64,000 nucleotides of DNA from Minisyncoccota bacterium (GCA_035546575.1 DASZWN010000001.1:212875-276874), one strand, 5' to 3'; positions 46,800 through 56,171 are shown, counted from the stretch's first letter. Translations and numbers: made by a program. Notes: generated by a model from the sequence alone, not told the origin.

Positions 46800-47585
46800 A
46801 TGCCTAGACTCCTTCGCGATCTTAAAAGCTTCTATAAAACGCAAAAGCGCGATCTGCCTTGGCGGCACACCCATGACCCGTACAAAATCTTGGTGTCTGA
46901 GATAATGCTCCAGCAGACACAGGCACTGCGGGTAATTCCAAAATATGAGGCTTTTATAAAAAAGTTCCCGACCCCACAAAGGCTCGCCAAAGCAAAACTC
47001 TCTGATGTGTTAAAGCTCTGGAGCGGTTTGGGCTATAACCGCCGGGCAAAATTTCTCCATGAGTCGGCCAAGATACTGGCGCGCGATGGTTGGACAGGGG
47101 AAAAGCTCCCGGGTGTGGGGCCTTACACTGCCGCAGCAGTAGAGGCCTTTGCGCATAACAAACCAACCACTTTTATAGAGACAAATATCCGCACTGTATT
47201 TATACACTACTGCTTTAAGCGGCGCGCCGATGTGCTGGTGCCCGATTTGCAGATTTTGCCGCTTATAGAAAAAGCGCTTAAACAATCTCGCATGCAGCCG
47301 CGAGATTTTTATGCCGCGCTTATGGACTACGGTTCCTACTTAAAGCAAAGGGGGATCAAACTAAATGCTCGCAGCAAGCATTACACCAAGCAGAGCAAGT
47401 TCAAGGGTTCGTACCGAGAGTTGCGTGGAGCGATCTTGCGTGCGGTGTTAGAAAAACCAAAGACTATAGATCAATTGGTTGATATAACACTCCGCAACCA
47501 GAGCGACGTGGTGCAGGCAGTCGCTAACTTAAGTACTGAGGGAGTAGTGAGCCTCAAAAACAAACGAGTGTTTGTTGCAGATTAA
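46800..47585 (+). CDS. mutY: A/G-specific adenine glycosylase, MutY-like, lacking the Fe-S motif
   Basis: RDLPWR..DPY.ILVSEIMLQQTQ, W.GLGY.RRA, HhH LPGVGPYTA, ALMDYG; start ATG 46800. Confidence 0.85.
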   Translation: MPRLLRDLKSFYKTQKRDLPWRHTHDPYKILVSEIMLQQTQALRVIPKYEAFIKKFPTPQRLAKAKLSDVLKLWSGLGYNRRAKFLHESAKILARDGWTGEKLPGVGPYTAAAVEAFAHNKPTTFIETNIRTVFIHYCFKRRADVLVPDLQILPLIEKALKQSRMQPRDFYAALMDYGSYLKQRGIKLNARSKHYTKQSKFKGSYRELRGAILRAVLEKPKTIDQLVDITLRNQSDVVQAVANLSTEGVVSLKNKRVFVAD

Positions 47586-49501
47586 ACACCGAGCACAACC
47601 GGAATCACGATCGGGCGTTTGTTTGTTTTTTCGAAGAGGAATTTGGCTACCGCGTCGGTCACGTTGTTTTTGACAAAGTCAAAGTTAACCGGCTGCTGGT
47701 TTTTGGTCGTGTCCTCGATCGTCTTTTTAACAATCAGGCGAGCTTGCTGCAAAAGGTCTTGGCTTTCGCGCAAGTATACGAAGCCGCGCGAGATGATGTC
47801 GGGCGATTTGCGCAGGCGGCCGTTCTTTGGGTTAACCGTTGCGATGATCACGAACATGCCTTCTTGTGCGAGCACCGTGCGGTCGCGGATAACCACCTCC
47901 TGGATATCGCCGATTGAGAAGCCGTCTACGAGGCGCAAGCCGTTAGGCGCCATTTCTTTGAGTTTTACTATCTTGCTGCCTTCCTCGCGGATCTCGATGA
48001 TCGAGCTGTTGTCCGGAATAACCACCTCGTCTTCGCTGCGGCCGCAGGCCTTAGCGATGTCTGCGTGCACGCGGAGCATGTAGTGGTAGCCGTGCATAGG
48101 CATAAAGAAGCGCGGATTGATCTTCTGGTGGATCCAGAAAGTCTCGTCGCGGTTTGCATGACCGGAAGCATGGACGTCCATCGTGTCGCGGTGGATGATG
48201 CGCGCGCCTTGGCGGGAGAGATTGTCTTTAAGTTTTTGCACCGAGCGCTCGTTGCCTGGCACGATAGAAGAGGAGAGGACCACAGTGTCGCCCTTCTTGA
48301 TCTTTACGTATTTGTGCGTCTTCATCGCGATGCGCATGAGCGCGGCAAACTCGTCGCCCTGAGCGCCGGTAGCCAGGATCGCTATTTTGCTGTCGGGCAA
48401 ACTCTCGAGCTGATGTGCGTCTATAAATGTCTTCTCGTCTACCTTAAGTAAGCCAAGATGTTTTACTATCTCGATATTTACCTTCATGGAGCGGCCCTCA
48501 ATAAGGATCTTGCGGCCGACGCGCTCGGCTTGCTCGATCATGCGCATAAGGCGCTCGAGCTGGCTGGAGAACGTGCCGATAATGAGGCGGCCCGGAGTGG
48601 TGGCAATAATCTCGTCGAGATTCTTTTTAACGATGCGCTCAGGGAGAGAAAAGCCCGGGCGTTCGCAGTTGGTGGAGTCGGCGCCCAAGAGGAGCACTTT
48701 GCGGTCTTTAAACCACGAAAACTCTTTTTCCTCTGTCTCGGTCGGTACGCCGTCGATATGGTCCAATCGTAGATCGCCGGTAAAGACCAAGTCGCCATAC
48801 GGAGTCTCGATAACGATACCCATGGAGTCCGGGATGGTGTGATATACGGAGAAGAACTTTACGCGCAAATTGCCAACGCGCACGGTGTCGGCCTTTTCTA
48901 CCTCGTGGATATCCAAGGGCTTCAAGTTAGGAAACTCCTCCTGGCGCTTTTTGATCATGACGCTCGTGAGCGTGCGGGTGTAAATTGGCGGGTAACCGAT
49001 GCGGTCGATGATATAGGGGATACCGCCGATGTGGTCGAGGTGTCCGTGGGTAATAAACATGCCGCGGATCTTCTCTTGGCGGTCCTCGAGATATTTTGTG
49101 TTCGGGAGAATGTAGTCGATGCCCGGGGTGTCGTCCTCGCGGAATTGGAATCCGCAGTCAACAATAACAATGTCGTCGCCAAACTCGATAGCGGTCATGT
49201 TGCGGCCGATTTCCTCTACGCCTCCGAGCGGAATGATGCGAATGTTACCTGTCTCTAGCGGCGGGATTTTGTCTTCCTGCTGGCCATTTGCGGCGCTCAT
49301 GCCCGATGCGGGAACTTCGCGCGGCGGGTGCACCTGATGCGGGCGCGGTCCGCCTGAGCGTGGTCGGCCTTTGCCTCCGCGCCCTCCGAACCCGCCTTTG
49401 CCGAACGAGCGGCGATTCCCTCCGCGGCCTTGTTGCGTGCGCGGAGGTCTGTTGTGGCTCGTACCTCCGCGAGGGGCGGGCTGTGTTGTTTCTCCTTCCA
49501 T
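47582..49501 (-). CDS. rnj: Ribonuclease J
   Basis: IIPLGGVEEIGRNM, THGHLDHIGG, HTIPD, DSTN, HASGH, SRGFVY, RP.VIPV. Confidence 0.96.
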   Translation of the reverse strand: MEGETTQPAPRGGTSHNRPPRTQQGRGGNRRSFGKGGFGGRGGKGRPRSGGPRPHQVHPPREVPASGMSAANGQQEDKIPPLETGNIRIIPLGGVEEIGRNMTAIEFGDDIVIVDCGFQFREDDTPGIDYILPNTKYLEDRQEKIRGMFITHGHLDHIGGIPYIIDRIGYPPIYTRTLTSVMIKKRQEEFPNLKPLDIHEVEKADTVRVGNLRVKFFSVYHTIPDSMGIVIETPYGDLVFTGDLRLDHIDGVPTETEEKEFSWFKDRKVLLLGADSTNCERPGFSLPERIVKKNLDEIIATTPGRLIIGTFSSQLERLMRMIEQAERVGRKILIEGRSMKVNIEIVKHLGLLKVDEKTFIDAHQLESLPDSKIAILATGAQGDEFAALMRIAMKTHKYVKIKKGDTVVLSSSIVPGNERSVQKLKDNLSRQGARIIHRDTMDVHASGHANRDETFWIHQKINPRFFMPMHGYHYMLRVHADIAKACGRSEDEVVIPDNSSIIEIREEGSKIVKLKEMAPNGLRLVDGFSIGDIQEVVIRDRTVLAQEGMFVIIATVNPKNGRLRKSPDIISRGFVYLRESQDLLQQARLIVKKTIEDTTKNQQPVNFDFVKNNVTDAVAKFLFEKTNKRPIVIPVVLGV

Positions 49502-49559
49502 ATCTATCTAAATAATCTATAAATTATCGTCCTCTGTTTAATTGATCTTTCCCAGATAA

Positions 49560-51329
49560 TTATTTGGAAAAGATAGGCCACACGTAGTCAGTCTCTCTGT
49601 GCCACATGGGGGCGGAGAGGAAACGGTCGCTCGGTGTACCTATAAAGCCAAGGTCGAGGCCCTGGATGTCTTTAGGGATACTATACACGAAATCGGGCGC
49701 ATAGAGAAATACGGCAGGAATGTCGGCATTGAGCTCGGAGAGAAAGTCGTTATAGAGATCCTGGCGCTTGCTGTTGTCGGCGGTAGTGCGCAGCGCCTCA
49801 AGCGCTTTGTCTGCCGCCGAGTTTGCATACAGAGCGACGTTGAGGCCCGGATCGTTGCGCTGGCTCGAGTGCCAAAATGCAAACAGATCGAACTCGCGCC
49901 CGACGACCTCGCCGAAGAGAAGCGCGTCGTACTTGCGAGGGCGGATAACATTCTGCGAGAGGTCGCCTTGGTCAAAAATCTTAATATCCACAGATGCGCC
50001 AAGCGCGGTCCACTGCCGGCGCAAGTAATCTGCGGCCGCACGCAACTCCGGTACATTGCCGGTCGAAAGCGAGAAAGAAAGTGTAACTGTTTTGGCGTCT
50101 TTTCCTTTGCCGGTTGTCTTAGTGAGGATTCCGTCTGGTCCAATCGTCCAGCCTTTTGCAAGCAACTTTTGCTGAGCGGCGAGCGCAACATCACCTGTCG
50201 CCGGCTGTATTGCTGTAGACGAGGTTGAGTCTTTGTCGATAGTCGCCAGTATCTGAGGCGGTACGGGCCCGCTCAGTGCTGTGCCGTAGCCGCCGAGTAC
50301 TTGCTCTACCAGTTTATTTTGGTCGACAGAGTCGGCGAGTGCCTGGCGGACATCGTGGTCGCGCAATACTTCTGACTGGTTTTGGTTAAAGAAGACGCCG
50401 AACACTCGGTTAAGCGCTGAGCGATCGACGTTTTTCTCGGGCATGTCTGCGAGCATCGCCGGAGAAAGCCCGCTTGCCGCCTCTACGTCGCCATTTTTGA
50501 GCGCATCGGCGAGTGCCTGTTCGCTCTGGTAAAACTGCAGCGTAAAGCTGGAGAGAAACGGCTCACCGAGGGCATACTTTGCAAATGCTCTGAGCTGGTA
50601 TGAAGAGGGGATACCGGAAGGCGTGCGTGAAATGCTGCCAACCGTAAACGGTCCGGAGCCGACCGGAGAGGTGTTGAGGTCGCTGAAGGGAAACTCTTCG
50701 TCAGTAACGCTCGCCCACAAATGTTTTGGCAGAATCCCGGTGGTTAAGTTTTCGATAAACGGAGCATAGGCGCTCTTAAGCGTAAAGCGCACGGTGCCCG
50801 AGTCGACAGCCTCTACAGTGACGCCGTTCCAATTTGCTTTAAGCGGACTTTTTACCGCCGCGTCCTGAATCTTGCTGATCGTGTACACAATATCGTCGGC
50901 AGTGACTCTTGTGCCGTCGTGGAACGTCGCGCTCGGCCGCAAAATAAAAGTATATATAGTGCCGTCGCTCGAGACAGTGTAGCTTTGCGCCAAGTCCGGC
51001 ACATACTCGCCTTCGGGCGTGGCGCGCAAAAGGCCGGAGTAGATAAGTATAGAGAGATCATGATCGGCGTCTGATGTTGCCAAAACGGGGTTGATAAAGC
51101 GAGGCGCTCCGACAATACCCTCCGAGAGATTGCCGCCATAGCCCGGAACGGCGGTAATGAGTGATGCGTTTAAAAGATATACAAGCCCGACTGCGCTTAT
51201 AACAAGTACTGTGGCTAGAAAAAGAAACAACGCGCGGCTTGTGCGCGAGAAAGAACGATACGTATCATCGGCCCGATCAACAATCGGGATATATACCGGC
51301 CTGAGGAGAGTACGCCAAGGTGAACGCAT
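49560..51329 (-). CDS. ABC transporter substrate-binding protein (peptide/OppA family), membrane-anchored
   Basis: INPV..IYSGL..PDLA.SY.VS.DG..YTF.LR..FHDG..VTADD; PVGSGPF. Confidence 0.88.
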   Translation of the reverse strand: MRSPWRTLLRPVYIPIVDRADDTYRSFSRTSRALFLFLATVLVISAVGLVYLLNASLITAVPGYGGNLSEGIVGAPRFINPVLATSDADHDLSILIYSGLLRATPEGEYVPDLAQSYTVSSDGTIYTFILRPSATFHDGTRVTADDIVYTISKIQDAAVKSPLKANWNGVTVEAVDSGTVRFTLKSAYAPFIENLTTGILPKHLWASVTDEEFPFSDLNTSPVGSGPFTVGSISRTPSGIPSSYQLRAFAKYALGEPFLSSFTLQFYQSEQALADALKNGDVEAASGLSPAMLADMPEKNVDRSALNRVFGVFFNQNQSEVLRDHDVRQALADSVDQNKLVEQVLGGYGTALSGPVPPQILATIDKDSTSSTAIQPATGDVALAAQQKLLAKGWTIGPDGILTKTTGKGKDAKTVTLSFSLSTGNVPELRAAADYLRRQWTALGASVDIKIFDQGDLSQNVIRPRKYDALLFGEVVGREFDLFAFWHSSQRNDPGLNVALYANSAADKALEALRTTADNSKRQDLYNDFLSELNADIPAVFLYAPDFVYSIPKDIQGLDLGFIGTPSDRFLSAPMWHRETDYVWPIFSK

Positions 51330-51358
51330 ACAGCGTAGGAGAACAATTACGAATTAAT

Positions 51359-51589
51359 TTATTGCAAGAGAAGCGTGACAAATGACGACACGGCAAGAAG
51401 GCAACCAAGCGCTATGGTTGCGTAGAAGAGCACTTTCTCTGAGCCGCGGCGCGTATGGTAACCGGCGCTGAAGTTGTCTCCGCCGAACGCACCGCCCATC
51501 GAGGCGCCGGTTTGCTGCAACAGTATGCAGATAACGAGCAGCACCGAAAGCACTATCTGTATGTACGGGAGCATCCCGCTTATCATCAT
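51359..51589 (-). CDS. secG: Preprotein translocase subunit SecG
   Basis: ILLQQ.G..GG.FGG..TRRG.EK.L...T, two TM segments. Confidence 0.9.
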   Translation of the reverse strand: MMISGMLPYIQIVLSVLLVICILLQQTGASMGGAFGGDNFSAGYHTRRGSEKVLFYATIALGCLLAVSSFVTLLLQ

Positions 51590-51712
51590 TACTCATACCT
51601 TACCACACCATAAAAACCTCCGCAATTGGTGTCCGAATATGTAAGAACAATTGAAACCCATCACGTCAAGTGTACAAACTACGCGACGCGACTATAATGC
51701 CAGCATAAAACT

Positions 51713-52102
51713 ATGAAAAAGAAAGCTAAAGCAACCAAGAGTAAAACAAAGCCTAAAACAAAAGCAGTAAAAACCGTACTTAAATCTTCTGCTAACAAAT
51801 CCGGTATCCAGCCGCTCAACGACCGCGTGCTTGTGCGCCCGCTTACGGCAGAGGAGATGGGCCGCACGACTGCCTCGGGCATTATCATTCCGGAAACTGT
51901 CGACAAAAAGAAGCCCGACCAGGGCATGGTGGTAGCGGTAGGTCCTGGCAAGCGCAACGAAAAGGGCGAACGTGTTGCCCTGAGCGTGGTACCCGGTGAC
52001 CGCGTATATTTTGCTAAACCCTGGGACGAGCCGCAAAAAATCGATGGCGTTGAGTATTACTTTATCTCCGAGAACGACATCCTTGCAGTGATCAAAAAAT
52101 AA
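51713..52102 (+). CDS. groES: Co-chaperonin GroES with Lys-rich N-terminal extension
   Basis: IQPLNDRVLV, TTASGIIIP, G.VVAVGPG, ENDILAVI. Confidence 0.95.
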   Translation: MKKKAKATKSKTKPKTKAVKTVLKSSANKSGIQPLNDRVLVRPLTAEEMGRTTASGIIIPETVDKKKPDQGMVVAVGPGKRNEKGERVALSVVPGDRVYFAKPWDEPQKIDGVEYYFISENDILAVIKK

Positions 52103-52135
52103 ACCGCTCGATTATTCAGTAAGACCTTAACGACA

Positions 52136-53797
52136 ATGGCAAAACAAATCCTTTTTAACGAACGAGCTCGCAGAACGCTGAAAAACGGTATCGACAAGGC
52201 GGCAAATGCGGTCAAAATCACGCTCGGTCCGCGCGGCCGCAATGTCGCTCTTGATAAAGGCTACGGCGGCCCGACCATTACTAACGACGGCGTCTCGATC
52301 GCTAAAGAAATCTCCTTTAGCAACAAGTTTGAGAATATGGGCGCCGAGATCGTTAAAGAAGTGGCAAGCAAAACCAACGATATCGCGGGCGACGGTACCA
52401 CCACCTCTGTTGTTTTGCTCCAAGCAATTGTCGAGGAAGGGATGAAGCATACCGAGGCCGGCCTCAACGCCATGGGCGTGCGCGCGGGCATTGAGCGCGC
52501 AGCTGCAGAGGCGGTTGTGGCACTCCGCTCGCTCGCTAAAAAGATCCAGAACGACGACGAGATTTTGCAGGTTGCCACTATTTCGGCCGAGTCTCCGGAA
52601 ATTGGTGCGATTATTGCAGATACCATTAAAGAGGTAGGCAAGGACGGCGTCGTAACGGTGGAGGAAAGCCAGGCGCTCGGTATCGAAAAGGAGATTGTCG
52701 AGGGTATGGAGTTTGATCGCGGGTACATCTCTGCATACATGATCACCGATGCAAGCCGCATGGAGGCTGCGCTTAAAGACCCGATGATTCTTGTGACTGA
52801 CAAAAAGATTGCAAGTATTCAGGAAATCCTTCCAATACTTGAGAAGGTCGCGCAAAGCGGCAAAAAAGAGCTCGTGATTATTGCCGACGATATCGAGGGC
52901 GAGGCTCTTACTACGTTTGTGGTTAACAGACTCCAGGGCCGCTTTAATGTGCTTGGTATCAAGGCTCCTGGGTATGGCGATAGAAAAAAGGAGATGCTTG
53001 AGGACATTGCGATTATGACCGGAGCGCAAGTAATCTCTGACTCCCTTGGCATCAAGTTTGAAGGAGTGACGCTTGAGATGCTTGGCAAGGCAAACCGGGT
53101 AGTGGCAACCAAAGACTCGACCGTTATCGTGGGTGGCAAGGGCGCTAAAAAAGAGATCGACTCGCGTATCGCTCAGCTGCGCAAGCAAATCGCCGACACC
53201 ACGAGCAAGTTTGATAAAGAAAATCTTGAGAAGCGCCTCGCCAAGATGGCGGGCGGCGTTGCGGTGATCCGCGTAGGCGCTGCAACCGAAACCGAGATGA
53301 AGTATCTCAAGCTCAAAATTGAGGACGCAGTGAATGCTACTAAGGCAGCGATCGAGGAGGGTATTGTGCCGGGCGGCGGAACCTCGCTTGTTAAGGCTGC
53401 ACAGAAAGTTGCAGAAGGGTTTGCAAAAAATCGCGACAAGATGGATGTGAACGCGCGCGTCGGCTACGAGGTGGTGCTCAAGGCACTCGAGCAGCCGTTG
53501 CGCCAGATTGCCATGAACACGGGCGTTGATGCTGGCGTTGTTGTGATGAAAGTAATGGAAGCAAAGGGTAACGCGGGTTACGACGCAGTTAAAAACGAGG
53601 TTGTACCGGACATGATAGCGGCAGGTATTGTCGACCCGGTTAAAGTTGCACGCACCGGGCTAGAGCGTGCAGCGTCGGCAGCGGCAATACTTCTCACGAC
53701 CGAGGCTGCAATAGCAGAAGAGCCAAAAGAAGAAAAATCTCCAGCAATGCCGGGAGGCATGGGAGGAATGGGCATGGGCGACGACATGGACTACTAG
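52136..53797 (+). CDS. groEL: Chaperonin GroEL
   Basis: TLGPRGRNV, ITNDGVSIAKEI, AGDGTTT, GIVPGGG, GGM tail. Confidence 0.98.
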   Translation: MAKQILFNERARRTLKNGIDKAANAVKITLGPRGRNVALDKGYGGPTITNDGVSIAKEISFSNKFENMGAEIVKEVASKTNDIAGDGTTTSVVLLQAIVEEGMKHTEAGLNAMGVRAGIERAAAEAVVALRSLAKKIQNDDEILQVATISAESPEIGAIIADTIKEVGKDGVVTVEESQALGIEKEIVEGMEFDRGYISAYMITDASRMEAALKDPMILVTDKKIASIQEILPILEKVAQSGKKELVIIADDIEGEALTTFVVNRLQGRFNVLGIKAPGYGDRKKEMLEDIAIMTGAQVISDSLGIKFEGVTLEMLGKANRVVATKDSTVIVGGKGAKKEIDSRIAQLRKQIADTTSKFDKENLEKRLAKMAGGVAVIRVGAATETEMKYLKLKIEDAVNATKAAIEEGIVPGGGTSLVKAAQKVAEGFAKNRDKMDVNARVGYEVVLKALEQPLRQIAMNTGVDAGVVVMKVMEAKGNAGYDAVKNEVVPDMIAAGIVDPVKVARTGLERAASAAAILLTTEAAIAEEPKEEKSPAMPGGMGGMGMGDDMDY

Positions 53798-53800
53798 TGG

Positions 53801-53827
53801 AAAGATCCCGCTACGGCGGGATTTTTT
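53801..53827 (+). terminator. groESL terminator
   Basis: ATCCCGC-tacg-GCGGGAT followed by a T run. Confidence 0.8.
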
Positions 53828-53866
53828 GCACCCTTGCAATCTGGGTGAAAGTAGTACAATTACTCT

Positions 53867-54427
53867 ATGACAATCTTCTATATATTGCTGGGGCTTATTG
53901 TAATAGCCATCATCTGGGTGGTTGCCTCTTATAACCGCTTTGTTACGCTTATCCAGCGTGCAAAGGAGGCCTGGGCCGATATCGATGTGCAGCTCAAGCG
54001 CCGCTATGACCTTATCCCGAACTTGGTTGAGACAGTTAAAGGCTACGCTACGCACGAAAAGGAAGCGTTTGAGAATGTTACCCGCGCACGTGCAGCCGCA
54101 ATGAACGCAGGCGGTGTAGAGGCAAAAGGTCAGGCAGAAAACATGCTTAGCGGTGCACTCAAGAGTCTGTTTGCAGTTGCCGAAGCCTATCCCGACCTCA
54201 AGGCAAACCAAAACTTTTTGAGCCTGCAGACCGAACTCTCCGACACCGAAAACAAAATCCAGGCAGCGCGCCGCTTCTACAATGGCAATGTGCGCGACCT
54301 CAACACAGGCCTGCAGTCATTCCCGGGCAATGTTATCGCAGGGTTCTTCCACTTTGAGCCAAAGGATTACTTTGAGTTGGGCGATGCTGATGCGGCTGCC
54401 CGCGAGCCAGTCAAAGTTTCTTTTTAG
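53867..54427 (+). CDS. lemA: LemA family protein
   Basis: AWADIDVQLKRRYDLIPNLVETVKGYA.HE, AEAYPDLKANQNF, ARRFYN. Confidence 0.96.
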   Translation: MTIFYILLGLIVIAIIWVVASYNRFVTLIQRAKEAWADIDVQLKRRYDLIPNLVETVKGYATHEKEAFENVTRARAAAMNAGGVEAKGQAENMLSGALKSLFAVAEAYPDLKANQNFLSLQTELSDTENKIQAARRFYNGNVRDLNTGLQSFPGNVIAGFFHFEPKDYFELGDADAAAREPVKVSF

Positions 54428-54442
54428 TGCTAGTTCGTTACA

Positions 54443-54539
54443 CAAAAAGAGCCTGAAGGAGTCGCATAATTTTCTGCTGAAAATTTGCTGTATCTCGGCC
54501 CGTCGGCTTGCGAAACACTCCTTCAAACTCTTTTTGCTT
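54443..54539 (-). repeat. Free-standing structured repeat, copy B
   Basis: 18/20 terminal inverted repeat (the two mismatches are G-U on the minus strand); GACG and AGCA hairpins; shares 20 nt with copy A. Confidence 0.7.
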
Positions 54540-54547
54540 CACTAACC

Positions 54548-55450
54548 ATGGCAACACTCTATACTCATAAAGACGAAAATATAGCAAAGACATGGGTACT
54601 CATGGGGATTTTTCTGTGCACGGTCATCGGTATTGGCTGGGCGGTCTCTTTCTATTTTAATAACCCTGGTATTTTGGTATTTGCCGTTATTTTAGCAATC
54701 GTGATGAATATCACGAGTTACTGGTTCTCGGACAAGATTGTTGTCTCGATGGCTGGGGCTCGGCCTGCCGAAGACGCCGAGTTTCCGGAGCTGCATAACA
54801 TTGTCGAAAACTTGGCTATTACCGCCGGCCTGCCAAAGCCAAAAATTTATATCATCACCGACCCGGCGCCAAACGCGTTTGCCACCGGGCGTAATGCCGA
54901 GCATGCGGTCGTTGCGGTTACAACGGGGTTGCTCGCAATGCTCAACCGCACTGAGCTTGAGGGTGTTATCGCGCACGAGCTCAGCCACGTGGGAAACCGC
55001 GATATGCTTGTCTCAACTGTTGCTGTGGTACTTGTTGGGTTTGTTACACTCATCTCCGATTTCTTTCTGCGCACGAGTTTGTTTGGCAGGGGAGGCGACC
55101 GCGATAATAAAAACCCAGTACTCGCAATTATCGCAGTGGCGCTTATAGTGCTAGCGCCGATTGTAGCCACCTTGCTGCAGCTCGCGATCTCTCGCAAGCG
55201 CGAGTTTTTGGCCGATGCATCGGGCGCACTGCTGACACGTTACCCGGAGGGTTTGGCAAATGCACTGCGCAAAATCGGCGCGTACCAAGCGCCCATGAAG
55301 CGGGCTAACAATGCAACCGCACATCTCTACATTGCAAACCCGTTTGGCGCTCGCGCTAGCATGAGCGGCCTCGCCAAACTTTTTATGACACATCCGCCTA
55401 TCGAGGAGCGCATCAAGGCGCTTGTGGGCGACTCGCGGGTTGCTGGTTGA
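54548..55450 (+). CDS. htpX: Zinc metalloprotease HtpX (M48)
   Basis: PNAFATGR, ELEGVIAHELSH, ISRKREFLAD, THPPIEERI; start ATG 54548. Confidence 0.95.
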   Translation: MATLYTHKDENIAKTWVLMGIFLCTVIGIGWAVSFYFNNPGILVFAVILAIVMNITSYWFSDKIVVSMAGARPAEDAEFPELHNIVENLAITAGLPKPKIYIITDPAPNAFATGRNAEHAVVAVTTGLLAMLNRTELEGVIAHELSHVGNRDMLVSTVAVVLVGFVTLISDFFLRTSLFGRGGDRDNKNPVLAIIAVALIVLAPIVATLLQLAISRKREFLADASGALLTRYPEGLANALRKIGAYQAPMKRANNATAHLYIANPFGARASMSGLAKLFMTHPPIEERIKALVGDSRVAG

Positions 55451-55528
55451 TAAACCCTATAAAGTACGATATATACTTTATTGCTGTAGATGTTCAGTAG
55501 GGAACATCTCAAACGGAGGAAAGTACGA

Positions 55529-55699
55529 ATGAACGGTACTCCCAGCCGCTCAAAGTGGAGGAAGCCTGCAGTCAATAAGGCACCGAAGAAAAAGGTGCGC
55601 CCAGCGCCAAAGGTGTCGGTGATAGGCCAATCGGCCAAGTCTGGGCGCGAGCGGTTCCAGGATCGCTACGGGACGTTTCTTTCGGGTATGGGCAGCTAA
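55529..55699 (+). CDS. Small basic hypothetical protein (56 aa)
   Basis: GGAGG SD before ATG 55529; Lys/Arg-rich; terminator at 55722-55756. Confidence 0.5.
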   Translation: MNGTPSRSKWRKPAVNKAPKKKVRPAPKVSVIGQSAKSGRERFQDRYGTFLSGMGS

Positions 55700-55721
55700 T
55701 CTTGCTCCTTCAGGAGCATTG

Positions 55722-55756
55722 GGCGGTCGAGGAATCCTCGACCGCCTTTTCTTTTT
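55722..55756 (+). terminator. Intrinsic terminator
   Basis: GGCGGTCGAGG-aat-CCTCGACCGCC followed by TTTTCTTTTT. Confidence 0.8.
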
Positions 55757-55785
55757 AATCCTCACAGTGTACTTTTGTAACTATT

Positions 55786-55870
55786 GGAGGGTTCGCATAG
55801 TGGTCTAGTGCGCACGCTTGGAAAGCGTGTGTGGGGCAACCCACCAGGAGTTCGAATCTCCTACCCTCCG
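55786..55870 (+). tRNA. tRNA-Ser(GGA)
   Basis: GGAGGGT/ACCCTCC acceptor stem, loop TTGGAAA, long variable arm, T-loop TTCGAAT. Confidence 0.96.
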
Positions 55871-56046
55871 CAAAATAATGAGCATGCGAATATATTTTGC
55901 GAGAGGGCACTACAGTACCAATGTACTGTAGTGGGAGATTCGAACGCCGGAGCGATGTTTCGCGAGCACGCGAAACCGTGAGGCGGTGCCCAGACAAAAC
56001 TTTTTGACGAAAAAGTTTTAGTCGCGGGCGAACTCCTACCCTCCGC
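55871..56046 (+). repeat. tRNA-Ser trailer hairpin-mosaic element, copy 1
   Basis: Fold-back of the tRNA 3' end, CAAT hairpin, anti-T-arm GGAGATTCGAAC, AGCA and GACG hairpins; ends in a 14-nt repeat of 55858-55871. Confidence 0.85.
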
Positions 56047-56171
56047 CCGAAGTTTTTAGTATCGGACGTATGCGGACGCCGATGGCTCCGATGTGACGTT
56101 AATGGCCAAAAAGAAATCCGCAGCCATATTTCAGACTGCGGAAATTCTGACGCCGGCGTCGTCATATTATG

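Noticed and set aside
51600-51712. CIRCE element upstream of groES
   Set aside because: No TTAGCACTC-N9-GAGTGCTAA; only a TATAAT box is visible.
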